This document shows positions 25,849-39,032 of a DNA stretch of 64,000 nt, piece by piece. Made by a program: the position numbers and the translations under genes. Each line of letters opens with the position of its first letter. Position 1 is the stretch's first letter. The stretch comes from Malacoraja senta (taxonomy: Eukaryota), in contig CM075995.1 of the NCBI GenBank assembly GCA_038087875.1, positions 2,668,001 to 2,732,000 of the forward strand, in the 5' to 3' direction. The notes under the pieces were generated by a model. It searched no databases. It saw only the letters and a program-made list of their open reading frames with translations, and was not told where the DNA came from.

Positions 25849-26170
25849 TTAGTGTTGTTTAGTTTAGAGATACAGCGTGGAAAAAGAGGCCCTTCGGCCC
25901 ACCGGGTCCGCGACGACCAGCCATCCCCGCACATCAACACTATCCTACACCCACTAGGGATCATTTTTACATTCACCGAGCCAATTAACCTACAAACATG
26001 TACGTCGTTGGAGTGTGGGTGGAAACCGAAGATCTCGGAGAAAACCCACGCAGGTCACGGGGAGAACGTACAAACACCATACAGCCAGCACCCGTAGTCG
26101 GGATCGAACCCTGATCTCCGGCACTGCATTCGCTGTAAGGCAGCAACTCTACTGCTGCGCCACCGTGACC
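25849..26170 (-). mobile_element. tRNA-derived SINE (HE1/V-SINE type), full length
   Basis: A and B boxes, central domain, LINE-derived tail. Confidence 0.9.
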
Positions 26171-26702
26171 GTGGTACCATGAGGCAGTTGAACCCAGTTC
26201 ACAAGTTGTAGGAGTTAGGCCATTCGGCCCATCGAGTCCACTCCGCCATTCAATCATGCCTGATCTCTGCCTCCTAATCCCACTTTCCTGCCTTCTACCC
26301 ATATCTCTTGACACCCGTTCTAATCGGTTGGTTGGTGCTGACGAAAGTTGTACCGATCCCACCAAGTGGAAAATGCTCCTTGCTTCCAGCTTGCGATGGA
26401 AAATCAATCCACAGGCCTTGGAGGCCAGCTGGGAGCCACAGGAGAGTCCACAGCCTGCAGGCAATAGTGGAGAGTCAACACTGTGAGTGGTTAGTGTTGC
26501 ATAGAGATATCCTGCACTCCTTATAGCTGGCAGGCAATAGTTAAAGCCTGCGTATACACCCGTAGGGAAGAGATCCAAAGAGGAGCCACACTAAAAGGCC
26601 GCGTTAGAAGAGTACTCGCTGGAGTTTGGTATATTTGAGTTTAGTTTATTGTCACGCGTACCGAGGCAGAGTGAAAAGCTTTTTGCTACGTGCTAACTAG
26701 TC

Positions 26703-27125
26703 TTCTCCGTGGATTGTCACCTTGTCGTGGTGGAGAAGCTTGTGTGGTCCTGAGATCCTGAGAGCGATGCCGTCTGGAGCTATGCTCCTGGTGGGACCAC
26801 CCATGGCGGTAAGGTCGAGGGGGAGGTTGCCGACAAAGAGCAATCCAACCAAGACCTCAACGGTGGAACAGGCGGAGGACGATGGCTGACCTTAGTGGAG
26901 CGTCACATCGGCTGGGAAGGCGGATGAAGGCTGCAGCAGAAAAGGGTCTCCGGTCGTCTTGGACTCCATGCCCACTGGATCCTGACCCAGATCTGTCAAG
27001 GACCGTGTGGTGGCTGTCTGTGCACCACTCTCCCCACGTTAAACAAAGTCACGCACAGGCGTCCTCCAACCCTGGAGACACCCATGGTCAGCCATGACCG
27101 AAGGGGGCCTAAGAAACAAAAAGAA
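26703..27125 (+). mobile_element. Non-autonomous RTE-derived short retroposon with 8-bp TSD
   Basis: 5' part CACCTTGTCGTGGTGGAGAAGCTTG..CCTGGTGGGACCACCCATGGC..GACAAAGAG resembles Rex3/Expander RTE 5' UTRs; A-rich tail; AACTAGTC at 26695-26702 and 27126-27133. Confidence 0.7.
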
Positions 27126-27337
27126 AACTAGTCAGTGGAAAGAGAATACATGATGACAAACAAGCCATCCACAATGCACAAATAAAGTTGCCTTGCGTAT
27201 CTCCTTTAAACCTCTCACTTTAAAGCTATGCCGTCTAGTCTTTGGCATTTCAATAGACAATAGACAATAGGTGCTGGAGTAGGCCATTCAGCCCTTCGAG
27301 CCAGCACCGCCATTCAGTGGCCTCTTAAACGCCACTG

Positions 27338-27613
27338 TTCCTGCCTTACAGCGTCAGAGACCCAGGTTCGATCCTGACTACGGGTGCTGTCTGTATGGAG
27401 TTTGTACGTTCTCCCTGTAACCTGCGTGGGTTTCCTTTGGGTGCTCTGGTTTCTACACACATTCCAAAGAAGTACAGGTTTGTAAGTTAATTGACTTAGG
27501 GAAATTGTAAATTGTCCCTAGTATGTAGGATAGGGCTAGTGTATGGGGTGAGCGTTGGTGGGCATGGTCCCGGTGGGCCGAAGGGCTATTTCCATGCTGC
27601 ATCTCTCTAAAAT
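27338..27613 (+). mobile_element. tRNA-derived SINE (HE1/V-SINE type), 5' end clipped
   Basis: B box GGTTCGATCC at 27365, central domain, tail. Confidence 0.85.
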
Positions 27614-28153
27614 AAACTTTATATACTTCAACCAGAGGCACATGATTTGTTTGTAACTTTCCTCCACTCGAAGAGAGCAAAAAGGGAAGAAAAAAAATCA
27701 GACAGGTAATAGTTCAGTATAGTTTATTATTGTCACATCTACCAAGTGAAAAGCTTATAGTTGCTTGCTATCACGTCAGAAAAAAGACTATACATGATTC
27801 CAATCAAGCCGTCCACAGTGTACAGATGCAGGAATAAAGGGAATAAGGTGAAATAACATTTAGTGCAAGATAAAGCTAGTAAAATCCGATCAAAGATAGT
27901 CGGATAGTCTCCATTGAGGTAGATTGTAGCATAGGAACTCTCTAGATGTTGGTAGGATGGTTCAAGTTGTCTGATAACAGCTGGCAACAGACTGTCCCTG
28001 AATCTGCTGTGCGTTTTCACACTTCTTTACCTTTTCCCGATGGGAGAGGGGAGAAGAGGGAATAGCCAGGGTGCGACTTTAGAAGGATGAAGGGAGACCT
28101 CATTGAAACTTACTGAATAGTGAAAGACTTGGACATGGAGGGGATGTTTCCAC

Positions 28154-29165
28154 TTTTTTTAATTTTTTTTTAATTTTAATTTTTTTTATTTTTATTTTTT
28201 ATTAGATGTACGGTAAATTACAGTAATACACAACACATATATCTTAATACATTTTTTGTACCGCTTCATTTTTTTGAGCTTAAAAGAAAGATAGAGTAAG
28301 AAAAGTAAAGAAAGTGCGCAAGAGTCGTGAAGTGCAAGAGAGTGTTGGGAAAAGAAAGCCCTTAGAAAAGAAAGTTAGAGAAGGAAGTAAAGTAAGAAAG
28401 TAGACCCTAGAAAAGAAAGAAAAAGAAAGTAGGGACAATCGCAGAAAGGGAAACCACCAACCAAGTCTGTTTTTATTGTTTTACCTCCCATTACCAGGTC
28501 CTGATACCATTTATTTATTTATTTATTTTAAAATTACTATTGCACCTCATGCTTGTAATAGGTCCAGGAAACGTAGACCACGTCTTTTGGAATTGGTCTG
28601 CTTTACCTGCTAAGAGGAATCTCATCTCTTCCAGATGTAATGTTTCAACATATTTGATGTCCACATTTTTATTGTTGGTGTGGGCGCATTTTTCCAGAAT
28701 TTAAGTATGAGCTTTTTTCCCATTATTGGCCCGTAATTGAATAAATTCTTCTGATACATGTTTAATTCAGGGATACCTTCCGATATTCCAAAAATGATCC
28801 ATTCTGGTTTTGGTACCAGTTTTATTTTAATTAATTTTGAAAAAATATCAAATATTTCATACCAGAATTTTTGGATTTTTGTACAAAAAACAAAAGAATG
28901 CGCTATGGTAGCTTCTTGACATAGACATTTATCACAGATTGGTGAACCATTAGGAAAGATTTTATTTAATTTAGTTTTTGAATAATATAGTCTATGTAAT
29001 GTTTTGAATTGGATGAGCGTATGTCGTACGTTGATCGAACATTTATGCACCTGTAGTAAATGGTTATCCCAGCTCTCTTTTGAAATTTTTATAGCTAATT
29101 CTTGTTCCCAGTCTCTTCTAATTCCATCTGTTGTGGGTATTTCTATGTTTAAAATGATATTATAG
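28154..29165 (-). mobile_element. L1-clade LINE 3' fragment with poly(A) tail
   Basis: ORF 28622-29050 with QFKTLHRLY..CDKC..ATIAHSFVFC..KFW (CCHC zinc knuckle of L1 ORF2); T-rich tail at 28154-28202; it splits a CR1 fragment (GGATGTTTCCAC|..|TAGTGGGAGAGTC). Confidence 0.88.
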
Positions 29166-29483
29166 AATTAGTGGGAGAGTCCAAGACCAGAGGCCATAGC
29201 CTCAAAGGACATACCTTTAGAAAGGAAATGAGGAGAAATTACTTTCGTTAGAGGGTGAATCTGTGGAATTCTTTGCCACGGAAAGTTGGGGAGGCCAAGT
29301 CAATGGATATTTTTATGGCAGAGATTGACAGATTCTTGATTAGTAAAGGTGTCGGGGGTTACGGGGAGAAGGCAGGAGAATGGGGTTGAGAGGGAAAAAT
29401 AGCTCAGCCATGATGAAAGGGGCTGTTTCTTTGCTGTATCTCTGGTCAAAATTCTCAACATACAAACTACATCTTAACCTCTT

Positions 29484-29488
<5 letters not shown>

Positions 29489-29561
<73 letters not shown>

Positions 29562-29597
29562 TCTCCCTCTCCTTCTCCCTCTCTCCCTCTCTCTCTC
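29489..29597. repeat. (CT)n microsatellite
   Basis: Direct inspection. Confidence 0.99.
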
Positions 29598-30164
29598 ATC
29601 TCACCTTCAGCCTGTGCCCTCTGGTTGTACAATCCGCTACCCTGGGAACAGACTGTGAATGTTCACCTTTTCCATGCCTATTATGATCATATATACTGTA
29701 TGTCAACAAATTCCACCCCTCTGACTTCTGCACACCATAGCAAAATGTCTCAGCCTATCCAAGCACTAACTCTAACTCAAGCCTGCAAGCCGAGGAAACA
29801 TCCTACTCATACCCGTTTTCACCATTCCCTCCGTTGCTCTTTGGTCTCAGTTAAATCTTGAGCCACTTCACACTCTGGGTATTCTGAAATTCTTGTGGCG
29901 TCTCAGCAATGAAATAGGAAGCAACTGAACACAACTGATACTCTCCACAATGGATAGCCAAGTAATTGTCTGGCCGGTGAAGATCGCTGTGTGCAGTTGC
30001 TAGGGGTGGTGTAGGAAAGAACTGCAGATGCTGGTTTAAATCGAAGGTAGACACAAAATGCTGGAGTAGCTCAGTGGGACAAGCAGCATCTCTGGAGAGA
30101 AGGAATGGGTGACCTTTTGGGGCGAGACTTCTTCAGACCCCGGGGGTGGTAACAGGGTCTTCTA

Positions 30165-30474
30165 GACTTTAGACATTAGAGATACAGCGCAGAAGCAGGC
30201 CTTATGGCCCACGCCCACCGAGTCTACGCCGCCCAATGATCAACAGTACACTAGCATCATGTCACACACTAGGGAGATTTTGCAGAAGCTAATTGACCTA
30301 GTACAAACCTGAGCACCTTTGTAGCGTGGGAGGAAACCAGAGCACCCGTAGAAAACCCACGCATGCGGTCACGGGGAGAAGGTACAAACCCGAACATACA
30401 GACAGCATCCATAGTCAGGATCGAACCGGGATCACCGGCGCTGTAAGGCAGCCTACCGCTGCGCCTCCGTGCCG
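30165..30474 (-). mobile_element. tRNA-derived SINE (HE1/V-SINE type), diverged
   Basis: A and B boxes and central domain on the minus strand. Confidence 0.8.
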
Positions 30475-30973
30475 TCCCAGCCACTCAAAGCAGGGTTCCT
30501 TTTGTCTGGTAGAAACACAGAACTGCAGATGCTGGTTTATATCAAAGATAGACACAAAGTGCTGGAGTAACTCAGTGGGTCAGGCAGCATCCCTGGAGAA
30601 AATGGATAGGTGATGTTTCGGGTCTGAAGAAGGGTCCCGTACCAAAACGCCACCTATTCCTTTTCTCCAGAGATGCTGCCTGACCCTCTGAGTTGTTCCA
30701 GCATTTTGTGTCTACCCTTTTGTCCGCTGTTAGTTGAGGTTTAGCAGCCAAATTCAACCGTCCTGGCATCAAATCAGTGTTTCCCCACATTTCACATCAG
30801 GAACCGCTAGTTCCACAGATTTCCAATTTTGACCAACCTACTGGCCTTAAACTACAAACAAAATAGCTCAATTTTGAATCTTTAATTTTCAAACACACTA
30901 CATATTTCACCTGTGCTTGTTCAGGATGATTTTCAGCTGCAGAAAAGAATTAAACGTGATTGATACAGACTGC

Positions 30974-31320
30974 AGGGCTGCCAACATTGGGTGAGAGTTG
31001 GGAGTGAGAAATTGCGAGAGACCAAGCCCGAGGGAGCGTAGCGACCGGGTGGGGGGAGGAGGGTGTCCCCCCTCCCATTGGTATGGGGCTTTTGCATTTT
31101 TCAGCTTGAAATTGTGCAATATGGTGCATACTGCTGCGAGTCTTTTAACTTACACTTGAATGCAATATATATGCTTTAAATTGGATTAGCTATGAATAAG
31201 GTTAGACTAAATTACATTCCTGATTACATTCCACAGTACAGCCCAGGCTCTGATCAACACATGCAGCACATGACTGATCTTAGTATATTCATGTATGGAA
31301 ATCAGATTATAATCAAATAC
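30974..31320. mobile_element. Possible left end of a non-autonomous hAT-like DNA transposon
   Basis: Starts CAGGGCTGCCAAC, followed by a GC-rich subterminal block; no matching right TIR found before the gap. Confidence 0.35.
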
Positions 31321-32803
31321 GGCCCATATTGACCAACCTGGGTCTCACTGCACACTGGGTACTACTCTTGACCCTGACTCCAGTTACATACCTTCTCTCA
31401 TTCCTGACCCGAAGTCCAGCCTTACACCTGCCCCACCCCCTTATTCTACCCTGATCACAGCTGCTTACCTGCTTAGGTTCCCAGTGCTGAACACTCCCAT
31501 TGTCCCAGCTTTGACTGCACACCTTGTACTATTCCAGACCTTGACTCTGGGTGCACACTTGGCCTTGCTCCTAGCCCCTCTGCACTGACAATATATCTGT
31601 CCCTCACATAAAGCCCCATATCTGACCCCCTGGACTTAACCTATTACGTTCAAGTCCACAGGTGCTTATCTAATGCAGAAATCTTTTATGGGGCACTTCA
31701 CAGACCAAATTATCTATAACAAAATGTGCTACATCCATTGGCTTCCTTGTTGTCTAACATGCTAGTTACTTTGTCAAAGAAGTCATCAATTGGTTGACAC
31801 AATTTATCATCCATAAATTTATACTCACTCAGCTGTATAGGTATTCTGTTACCATTTCTTTCATTTTCCTAACAAACTGTCCTGAAGTCATTTTCACCCC
31901 CCATATTTTCAGTATTTCGCTGTCTTCCTCTCAGCTGGGACTTTTCCGAAATGCAAAGTCCAATAACTATATATTTAAGCAATATTATTCCATTAAATGT
32001 GATCTTGAGAGTACATCATATTTTCTGTGGTATTCATAACACAACAATGATAAAAAGATCTTTGTTTTGATTGCACCTACCAACATGCATACATTATTAT
32101 ATTACAGTTAATATGTACCGAGGGCAAATTTTTGTTCCAATGCTCCCCATTCCCAATTACTTTTACATTGAAGTGATTGAAATCCAAGTGAAGTTTAAAT
32201 GGCATCAGAAAAATAAAACCTCCGGAATGGATGATATTCATTACGTGGTTGGTTGGGGTCAGTATCAGTACAATTACTATATATAACTTTGAATCTTCAG
32301 ATGTCCTGGTTCAAGCTAAAACTAAAGACAAATAATAATCTCCTCACACATTCCCCTACAAGTATCTCTGTCACTCCTTTAAAATATTCCCCTTCTTTGA
32401 ACAAGCCCTTAAATATCACATCTGAATCAGTTTCCATCTGATTACACTCCTTGAGGATGTTAATCTACGTGTTCAATTAATAAAACAACGAGATTGGGGA
32501 CATTTCTATTCAACCTGTCAAAGGAATTGGGGGGGGGGGGGGGGTTAGAAATAGTCAGTGAGGTAAACAAACATAATAGTTGGGTGGCAAATGACAATAG
32601 CGCTACCTTCCCAATATTTAACTGAAGGGAATAATGGGTTATCGGGGCTGTATGTTGTGACAGACAGCCTGACACCTTGCATGTCATTTTAATATTACAC
32701 TTATCCCATCCCCCTGGATATTCCAGATTAATAAATTAAGGTTTGGTCAACTAATTACAAATCAGGCTAATTACAAATCAATAACATTAGCCAACTCCGA
32801 AAC

Positions 32804-33003
32804 NNNNNNNNNNNNNNNNNNNNNNNNNNNNNNNNNNNNNNNNNNNNNNNNNNNNNNNNNNNNNNNNNNNNNNNNNNNNNNNNNNNNNNNNNNNNNNNNN
32901 NNNNNNNNNNNNNNNNNNNNNNNNNNNNNNNNNNNNNNNNNNNNNNNNNNNNNNNNNNNNNNNNNNNNNNNNNNNNNNNNNNNNNNNNNNNNNNNNNNNN
33001 NNN
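32804..33003. other. Assembly gap (200 N)
   Basis: Run of N. Confidence 1.
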
Positions 33004-33364
33004 CTATGGAGTGTGGGAGGAAACCGAAGATCTCGGGGAAAACCCACGCAGGTCACGGGGAGAACGTACAAACTCCGTACAGACAGCACCCGTGGTCGCG
33101 ATCGAACCCGGGTCTCCGGCCCTGCAAGCGCTGCAAGCAGCAACTCTACCGCTGCGCCACCCTGCTGTACCTTTTTTTAATTGAATTGCAACCCATTACC
33201 TCTCTCGACCCTACAAGATCACCTCCCACTTGCCACGTTGGGGAAAAGAGCCAAGTTCAACCTCTACTCGTCTGATCAAGTGTAACAAAATAAGTGTAAA
33301 CTTAACAGAGAAGTGACAGGTAAATTCTGTTCTACATCATCTAGACAGGATGTTACAGAAGGCC

Positions 33365-33998
33365 CCTTTGGCACAATGACCTTCATCAGTGTGGGGATTG
33401 AGCACAGAAGTTGGTCTGTTATGTTGCAGTTGTACAAGATGTTGGTGAGGCTGCATCTGGAGTTTTGTGTTCGCTTTCAGTCACCCTGCCATAGGAAAGA
33501 TGTTGTAAAGCTGGAAAGAGTGCAGAAAAGATTTACGGGGAGATTGCCGGGACTCGATGGACTGAGCTACATGGAGAGATTTGGGCAGGCTAGGATTTTA
33601 TTCCGTGGGGTGCAGGAGGCAAAGGGGTTATCCGATATGGGTGTATAAAATCATGAGGGATAATAAGTAGGATGAATGCACAGAGTATTTTACCCGGGGT
33701 AGGGACGTCAAGAACCAGAGGAAATAGGTTTAAGGTGAGAGAGGAACCAGAAGGGCAGCTTTTTCACCCGGAAGCAGATACTATAACGGCATTTAAAAGA
33801 CACTTGTACATGAATAGCAAAGGTTCAGCGGATATTGTTGAGGCAGAGATGGACAGATTCTTGATTAGAACGGGTGTCAAGGGTTATGGGGAGAAGGTCA
33901 GGAAAATGGGATTAGGAGGCAGAGATCAGCCATGATTGAATGGTGGGGTAGACTCGATGGGCTGAATGGCCTAATTCCACTCCCATAACTTGTGAACT
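33365..33998 (+). mobile_element. Degenerate CR1 LINE 3' fragments
   Basis: ORF 33313-33648 LQLYKMLVRLHLEFCV..KLERVQKRFT; 3' UTR. Confidence 0.85.
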
Positions 33999-34063
33999 TG
34001 TGTAGAGGGATATGGGCCAAATGCGGGCAAATGGGGTTAGCCTAGGCGGGGCAACCTTAGTTA

Positions 34064-34346
34064 GAAACATAGAAACATAGAAACATAGAAAATAGGTGCA
34101 GGAGTAGGCCATTCGGCCCTTTGAGCCTGCACCGCCATTCAATATGATCATGGCTGATGATCCAACTCAGTATCCTGTACCTGCCTTCTCTCCATACCGC
34201 CTGATACCTTTAGCCACAAGGGCCACATCTAACTCCCTCTTAAATATAGCCAATGAACTGGCCTCAACTACCTTCTGTGGCAGAGAATTCCACAGATTCA
34301 CCTCTCTCTGTGTGAAAAATGTTTTTCTCATCTCGGTCCTAAAAGA
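34064..34346 (-). mobile_element. CR1 LINE 3' end with (TTTCTATG)n tail
   Basis: Near-identical to the 3' end of the 15318-16141 copy. Confidence 0.9.
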
Positions 34347-36619
34347 TTTCCCCCTTATCCTTAAACTGCATTTGGTTAGCATTGGACTGAAGGCCTGTAT
34401 CCACGCAGTTTGTCTCCACCACTCATTAAGTTGTTTCACTGAATATCACACTGAAGGAAATACCAGTGGTGGAAATAATGAAAAGAATGTTTTCCCACGG
34501 AACTCTGGACAGTTACCAAAAGCTGTAATTGCACTATAAACAGACAAATTGAATTTCGGCCAATTTTCGCTGAGCTAAGTATGTGTTTTGCATTTTGCTC
34601 GAGGGTCAATCTGGGTCACCAAAATAAAAATCACAAAACTGGGACTCCATCGCTTCAGGGGAATGCTGTTGTGTTTTGCTGCCAATTGTGTGTGTTGGGT
34701 CATCAGGCCAGAAGAGATAGGAGCAGAATTAGGCCATTCGGCCCATCAGCTCTACTCCGCCATTCAATCAAGGCTGATCTATCTCTCCCTCACAACCCCA
34801 TTCTCCTGCCGTCTACCCATAACCTCTGACACCTGCAAAGAATTCCACAGATTCACCACCCTCTGACTAAAGACATTTCTCCTCATCTCCTCGCTAAAAG
34901 AACGTGCTTTAATTCTGAGGCTATGACCTCTGCTCCTAGACTCTCCCACTAGTGGAAACATCCTCTCCACATCCACTCCATCCCCAAGCCTCACTTGTCT
35001 CACTTTGGTCACACGTTGGAAGCTGGAAGAGGTCAGCTGCCTGCCGCGCTCACCACTGGCATATTATTCACACGTCGCCTGCAGAGAGCTCATCAACTCT
35101 AGTCACGTGCAATGTTGTGCCAGTCACAGTGGGAGCAAAATAGTTCCAGTTTCAGTTCAGTTTATTGTCACGTGTACTGAGGCACAGTGAAAAGCTTCCG
35201 TTGCGTCTTATCCAGTCAGCGGAAAGACAATGCATGATTACAATTTTACAGTGTATAGATATATGATATGGGAATAACGTTTAGTGCATGGTAAAGCCAG
35301 CAAAGTTTAGTTAAGATACAGCGCGGATACAAACTTCGGCCCACCAGGTCCGCGCCGACCAGTGATCCCTGCACATTAACCCTATCCTACACCCACCAGG
35401 GACAATTTTTATATTTACCAAGTCAATTAACCTACAAATTAAGCAGACTTATGCCATCCAGAGAGTGGTGAATCTCTGGAACTCTCTGCCACAGAGGGTA
35501 GTTGAGGCCAGTTTATTGGCTATATTTAAGAGGGAGTTAGATGTGGCCCTTGTGGCTAAGGGGATCAGGGGGTATGGAGAGAAGGCAGGTACGGGATACT
35601 GAGTTGGATGATCAGCCATGATCATATTGAATGGCGGTGCAGGCTCGAAGGGCCGAATGGCCTACTCCTGCACCTATTTTCTATGTATCTATGTATCTAT
35701 GTATCAAGTCTACTCTGCCGTTTATTCATGGCTGATCTATCGTATCCTCCTAACCCCATTCTCCTGCCTTCTCCCCATAACCCGTAACACCTGCACTAAT
35801 CAAGAATCTATCTATCTCAGCATTAAAAATATCCATTGACTGCCTCCACTGCCTTCCGTGACAAAGAATTCCACAGAATTCCACCCTCTGACTAAAGAAA
35901 TTCCTCCTCATCTCCGTTATATATGAATGTCCTTTAATTCTGAGGTTCTTGGTTTCCTGGTCCTCCAAAAATATTCCAAATGGAATTTAAAATCGAGGTG
36001 GCGGAGGGTGGACTTAAGCAAAAAAGTGTTCTTGGAGAAAAATAGCTACCTTAAATTTAGTTACCTCTGGTCCTAGATTTTCCCCTAGTGGAAACATCCT
36101 CTCCACATCCACTCTATCCGCCTTTCACTATTCGATAAGTTTCATAGAGGTGCCCCTTCATCCATCTAAATTTTCAGCTTGTTCATACCTGTTGGGGAGT
36201 GTTGTGATTCTCTTTAATAAGGACTAGACTATTAAAGAGAGGGGTGGTTCTGGAGCGCTAGCATGGGTGTTGTGGGCCGAAGGGACTGGTTTCCAGAGGG
36301 CTAGTATAGACATTGTGGGCCGAATGGATTCTTGGGCTGGCAGCTCAGTCACTCAGGCCTGGCGGGCTGGCAGCTCAGAAACTGCCAGAAATTCTGCCGA
36401 AAACAGGTGACACTGTGAGAGAGAAGGGGGAGAGGGTGGACAATCAATTTTAGACATTTTCATATTTTTTCAGATCACAGCAATGAAGGAGGAAAGTCTA
36501 TCCTTGCGTGGATCTCTGGAGCGCTAGTGTGGGTGTTGTGGGCTGAAGGGACTGGTTTCCAGAGGACTAGTATGGACATTGTGGATTGAATGGATTCCTG
36601 GACTTGCTGTTCAATGAGT

Positions 36620-36770
36620 CATGGCTGGTAGGCTGGCAGTTCACCAAGTCATGGCTGGTGGGCTGGCACTTAAGTCACTTACAGCTGGTGGCTGGCAGTT
36701 CACTTACTCATGGCTGGTGGGCTGGCAGTCCAGACACTCACGGCTGCTGTGGTGGCAGTTCACTCAGTCA
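36620..36770 (+). repeat. About 30-bp degenerate minisatellite (CATGGCTGGTGGGCTGGCAGTTCACT..), about 5 copies
   Basis: Direct inspection. Confidence 0.8.
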
Positions 36771-37154
36771 CCCCTCCTCCCTTCACCCCCGCACTCTGCT
36801 CTTTGCCATTCCCCTCCCCCTCACACATTCAGTCCATCTCCCCTCAACCTCCCCCCATGCACTCTTAGTGGCTCCCCGACAGCGCAGCCATTCCTGCGAT
36901 GAAGAACACGTAGGCATGGCAAGTGGAAAAAGCATTTATTAAAGTTTAAAATGTGAATGACTCTTAAAATATAACAACAATTTAAATATTAAAGATGATT
37001 TATTAAGTTCAGTTATTTTTGTTGTGTCTCTTGTTGTGTTCTGCTGCTCACTGCCTCTTGATGTATCTTTGCTGTTCATAAAAAAAAGAGACAATTATAA
37101 TATGGAGAGATTTTAACAAAGAAAATCTGAGAATTTACCTCAAAAGTCATCATT

Positions 37155-38386
37155 CAGTGCAGGCAGCAAATCCAATGTCACAGCACTTCAGGCAGAGTGC
37201 AGGCAGCAAATCCAATGTCACAGCACTTCAAGCAGTGTGCAGGCAGCAAATCCAAACGCACAGCACTTCAAGCAGAGTGCATGCAGCAAATCCAATGTCA
37301 CAGCGCTTCAAGCAGAGTGCAGGCAGCAAATCCAATCTCACAGCTCTTCAAGCAGAGTGCACACAGCAAATCCAATCTCACAGCACTTCAAGCAGAGTGC
37401 AGGCAGCGAATCCAATCTCAGAGCACTTCAAGCAGCGTGCAGGCTGCGAATCAAATCTCACAGCACTTCAAGCAGAGTGCAGGCACCAAATCCAATCTCA
37501 CAGCACTTCAAGCAGAGTGCAGGCAGCGAATCCAATCTCACAGCACTTCAAGCAGAGTGCAGGCAGTGAATCCAATCTCACAGCACTTCAAGCAGAGTGC
37601 AGGCAGCGAATCCAATCTCACATCACTTCAAGCAGAGTGCAGGCAGTGAATCCAATCTCACAGCACTTCAAGCAGTGTGCAGGCAGAAAATCCAATGTCA
37701 CAGCTCTTCAAGCAGAGTACAGGCAGCAAATCCAATGTCACAGCACTTGAAGCAGAGTGCAGGCAGCAAATCCATTGTCACAGCACTTCAAGCAGAGTGC
37801 AGGCATATGTCACAGCACTTCAAGCAGAGTACAGGCAGCAAATCCAATGTCACAGCACTTCAAGCAGAGTGCAGGCAGCAAATCCAATGTCACAGCACTT
37901 CAAGCAGAGTGCAGGCAGCAAATCCAATCTCACAGCTCTACAAGCAGAGTGCACAAAGCAAATCCAATCTCACAGCACTTCAAGCAGTGCAGGCAGGAAA
38001 TCCAATCTCACAGCACTTCAAGCAGAGTGCACGCAGCGAATCCAATCTCACAGCACTTCAAGCAGAGTGCAGGCTGCGAATCAAATCTCACAGCACTTCA
38101 AGCAGAGTGCAGGCAGCAAATCAAATGTCACAGTACTTCTAGCAGAGTGCAGGCAGCAAATCCAATCTCACAGCTCTACAAGCAGAGTGCACGCAGCAAA
38201 TCCAGTCTCACAGCACTTCAAGCAGAGTGCAGGCACAGAATCCAATCTCACAGCACTTCAAGCAGAGTGCAGGCACATAATCCAATCTCACAGCTTTCAA
38301 GCAAAGTGCAGGCAACGAATCCAATGTCACAGCACATTAAGCAGAGTGCAGGCAGCGAATCCAATCTCACAGCACTTCAAGCAGCG
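37155..38386 (+). repeat. 40-bp satellite array 1 (about 31 units)
   Basis: Consensus GCAGAGTGCAGGCAGCAAATCCAATCTCACAGCACTTCAA, head-to-tail. Confidence 0.98.
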
Positions 38387-38387
38387 T

Positions 38388-38936
38388 ACACACACACACT
38401 CACACACATTCACACACACACTCACACACTCACACTCACACACACTCACACACACTCACACACACACTCACACACATACTCACACAAACACTCACACACA
38501 CACACACACACACACAGACACTCATGCACACAGACACAGACACTTGCACACAGACACAGACACTCACACACACATACACACTCACACACTCACACTCACA
38601 CACACTCAAACACACACACACAGACACTCACACACATACACAGACACTCACACACACACAGACGGACACACACACAGACACAGACACAGACACTCACGCA
38701 GACACTCACACACACTCATACACTCACAAACACACACATACACTCACAAACACACACATACACTCACAAACACACACTCACACACACTCACAGACACATT
38801 CACATGCACATTCACACACACATTCACACATACATTCACACATACACACATTCACACACGCACTCACACACACTCACACACACATTTACACATACATGCA
38901 AACACACACACACACACTCACTCACACACACACACA
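38388..38936 (+). repeat. Degenerate (CA)n tract 1
   Basis: Direct inspection. Confidence 0.97.
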
Positions 38937-39032
38937 CTGTTCATAAAAAAAAGAGACAATTATAATATGGAGAGATTGAGCGGTCAAATTTTAACAATGA
39001 AAATCTGAGAATTTACCTCAAAAGTCATCATT

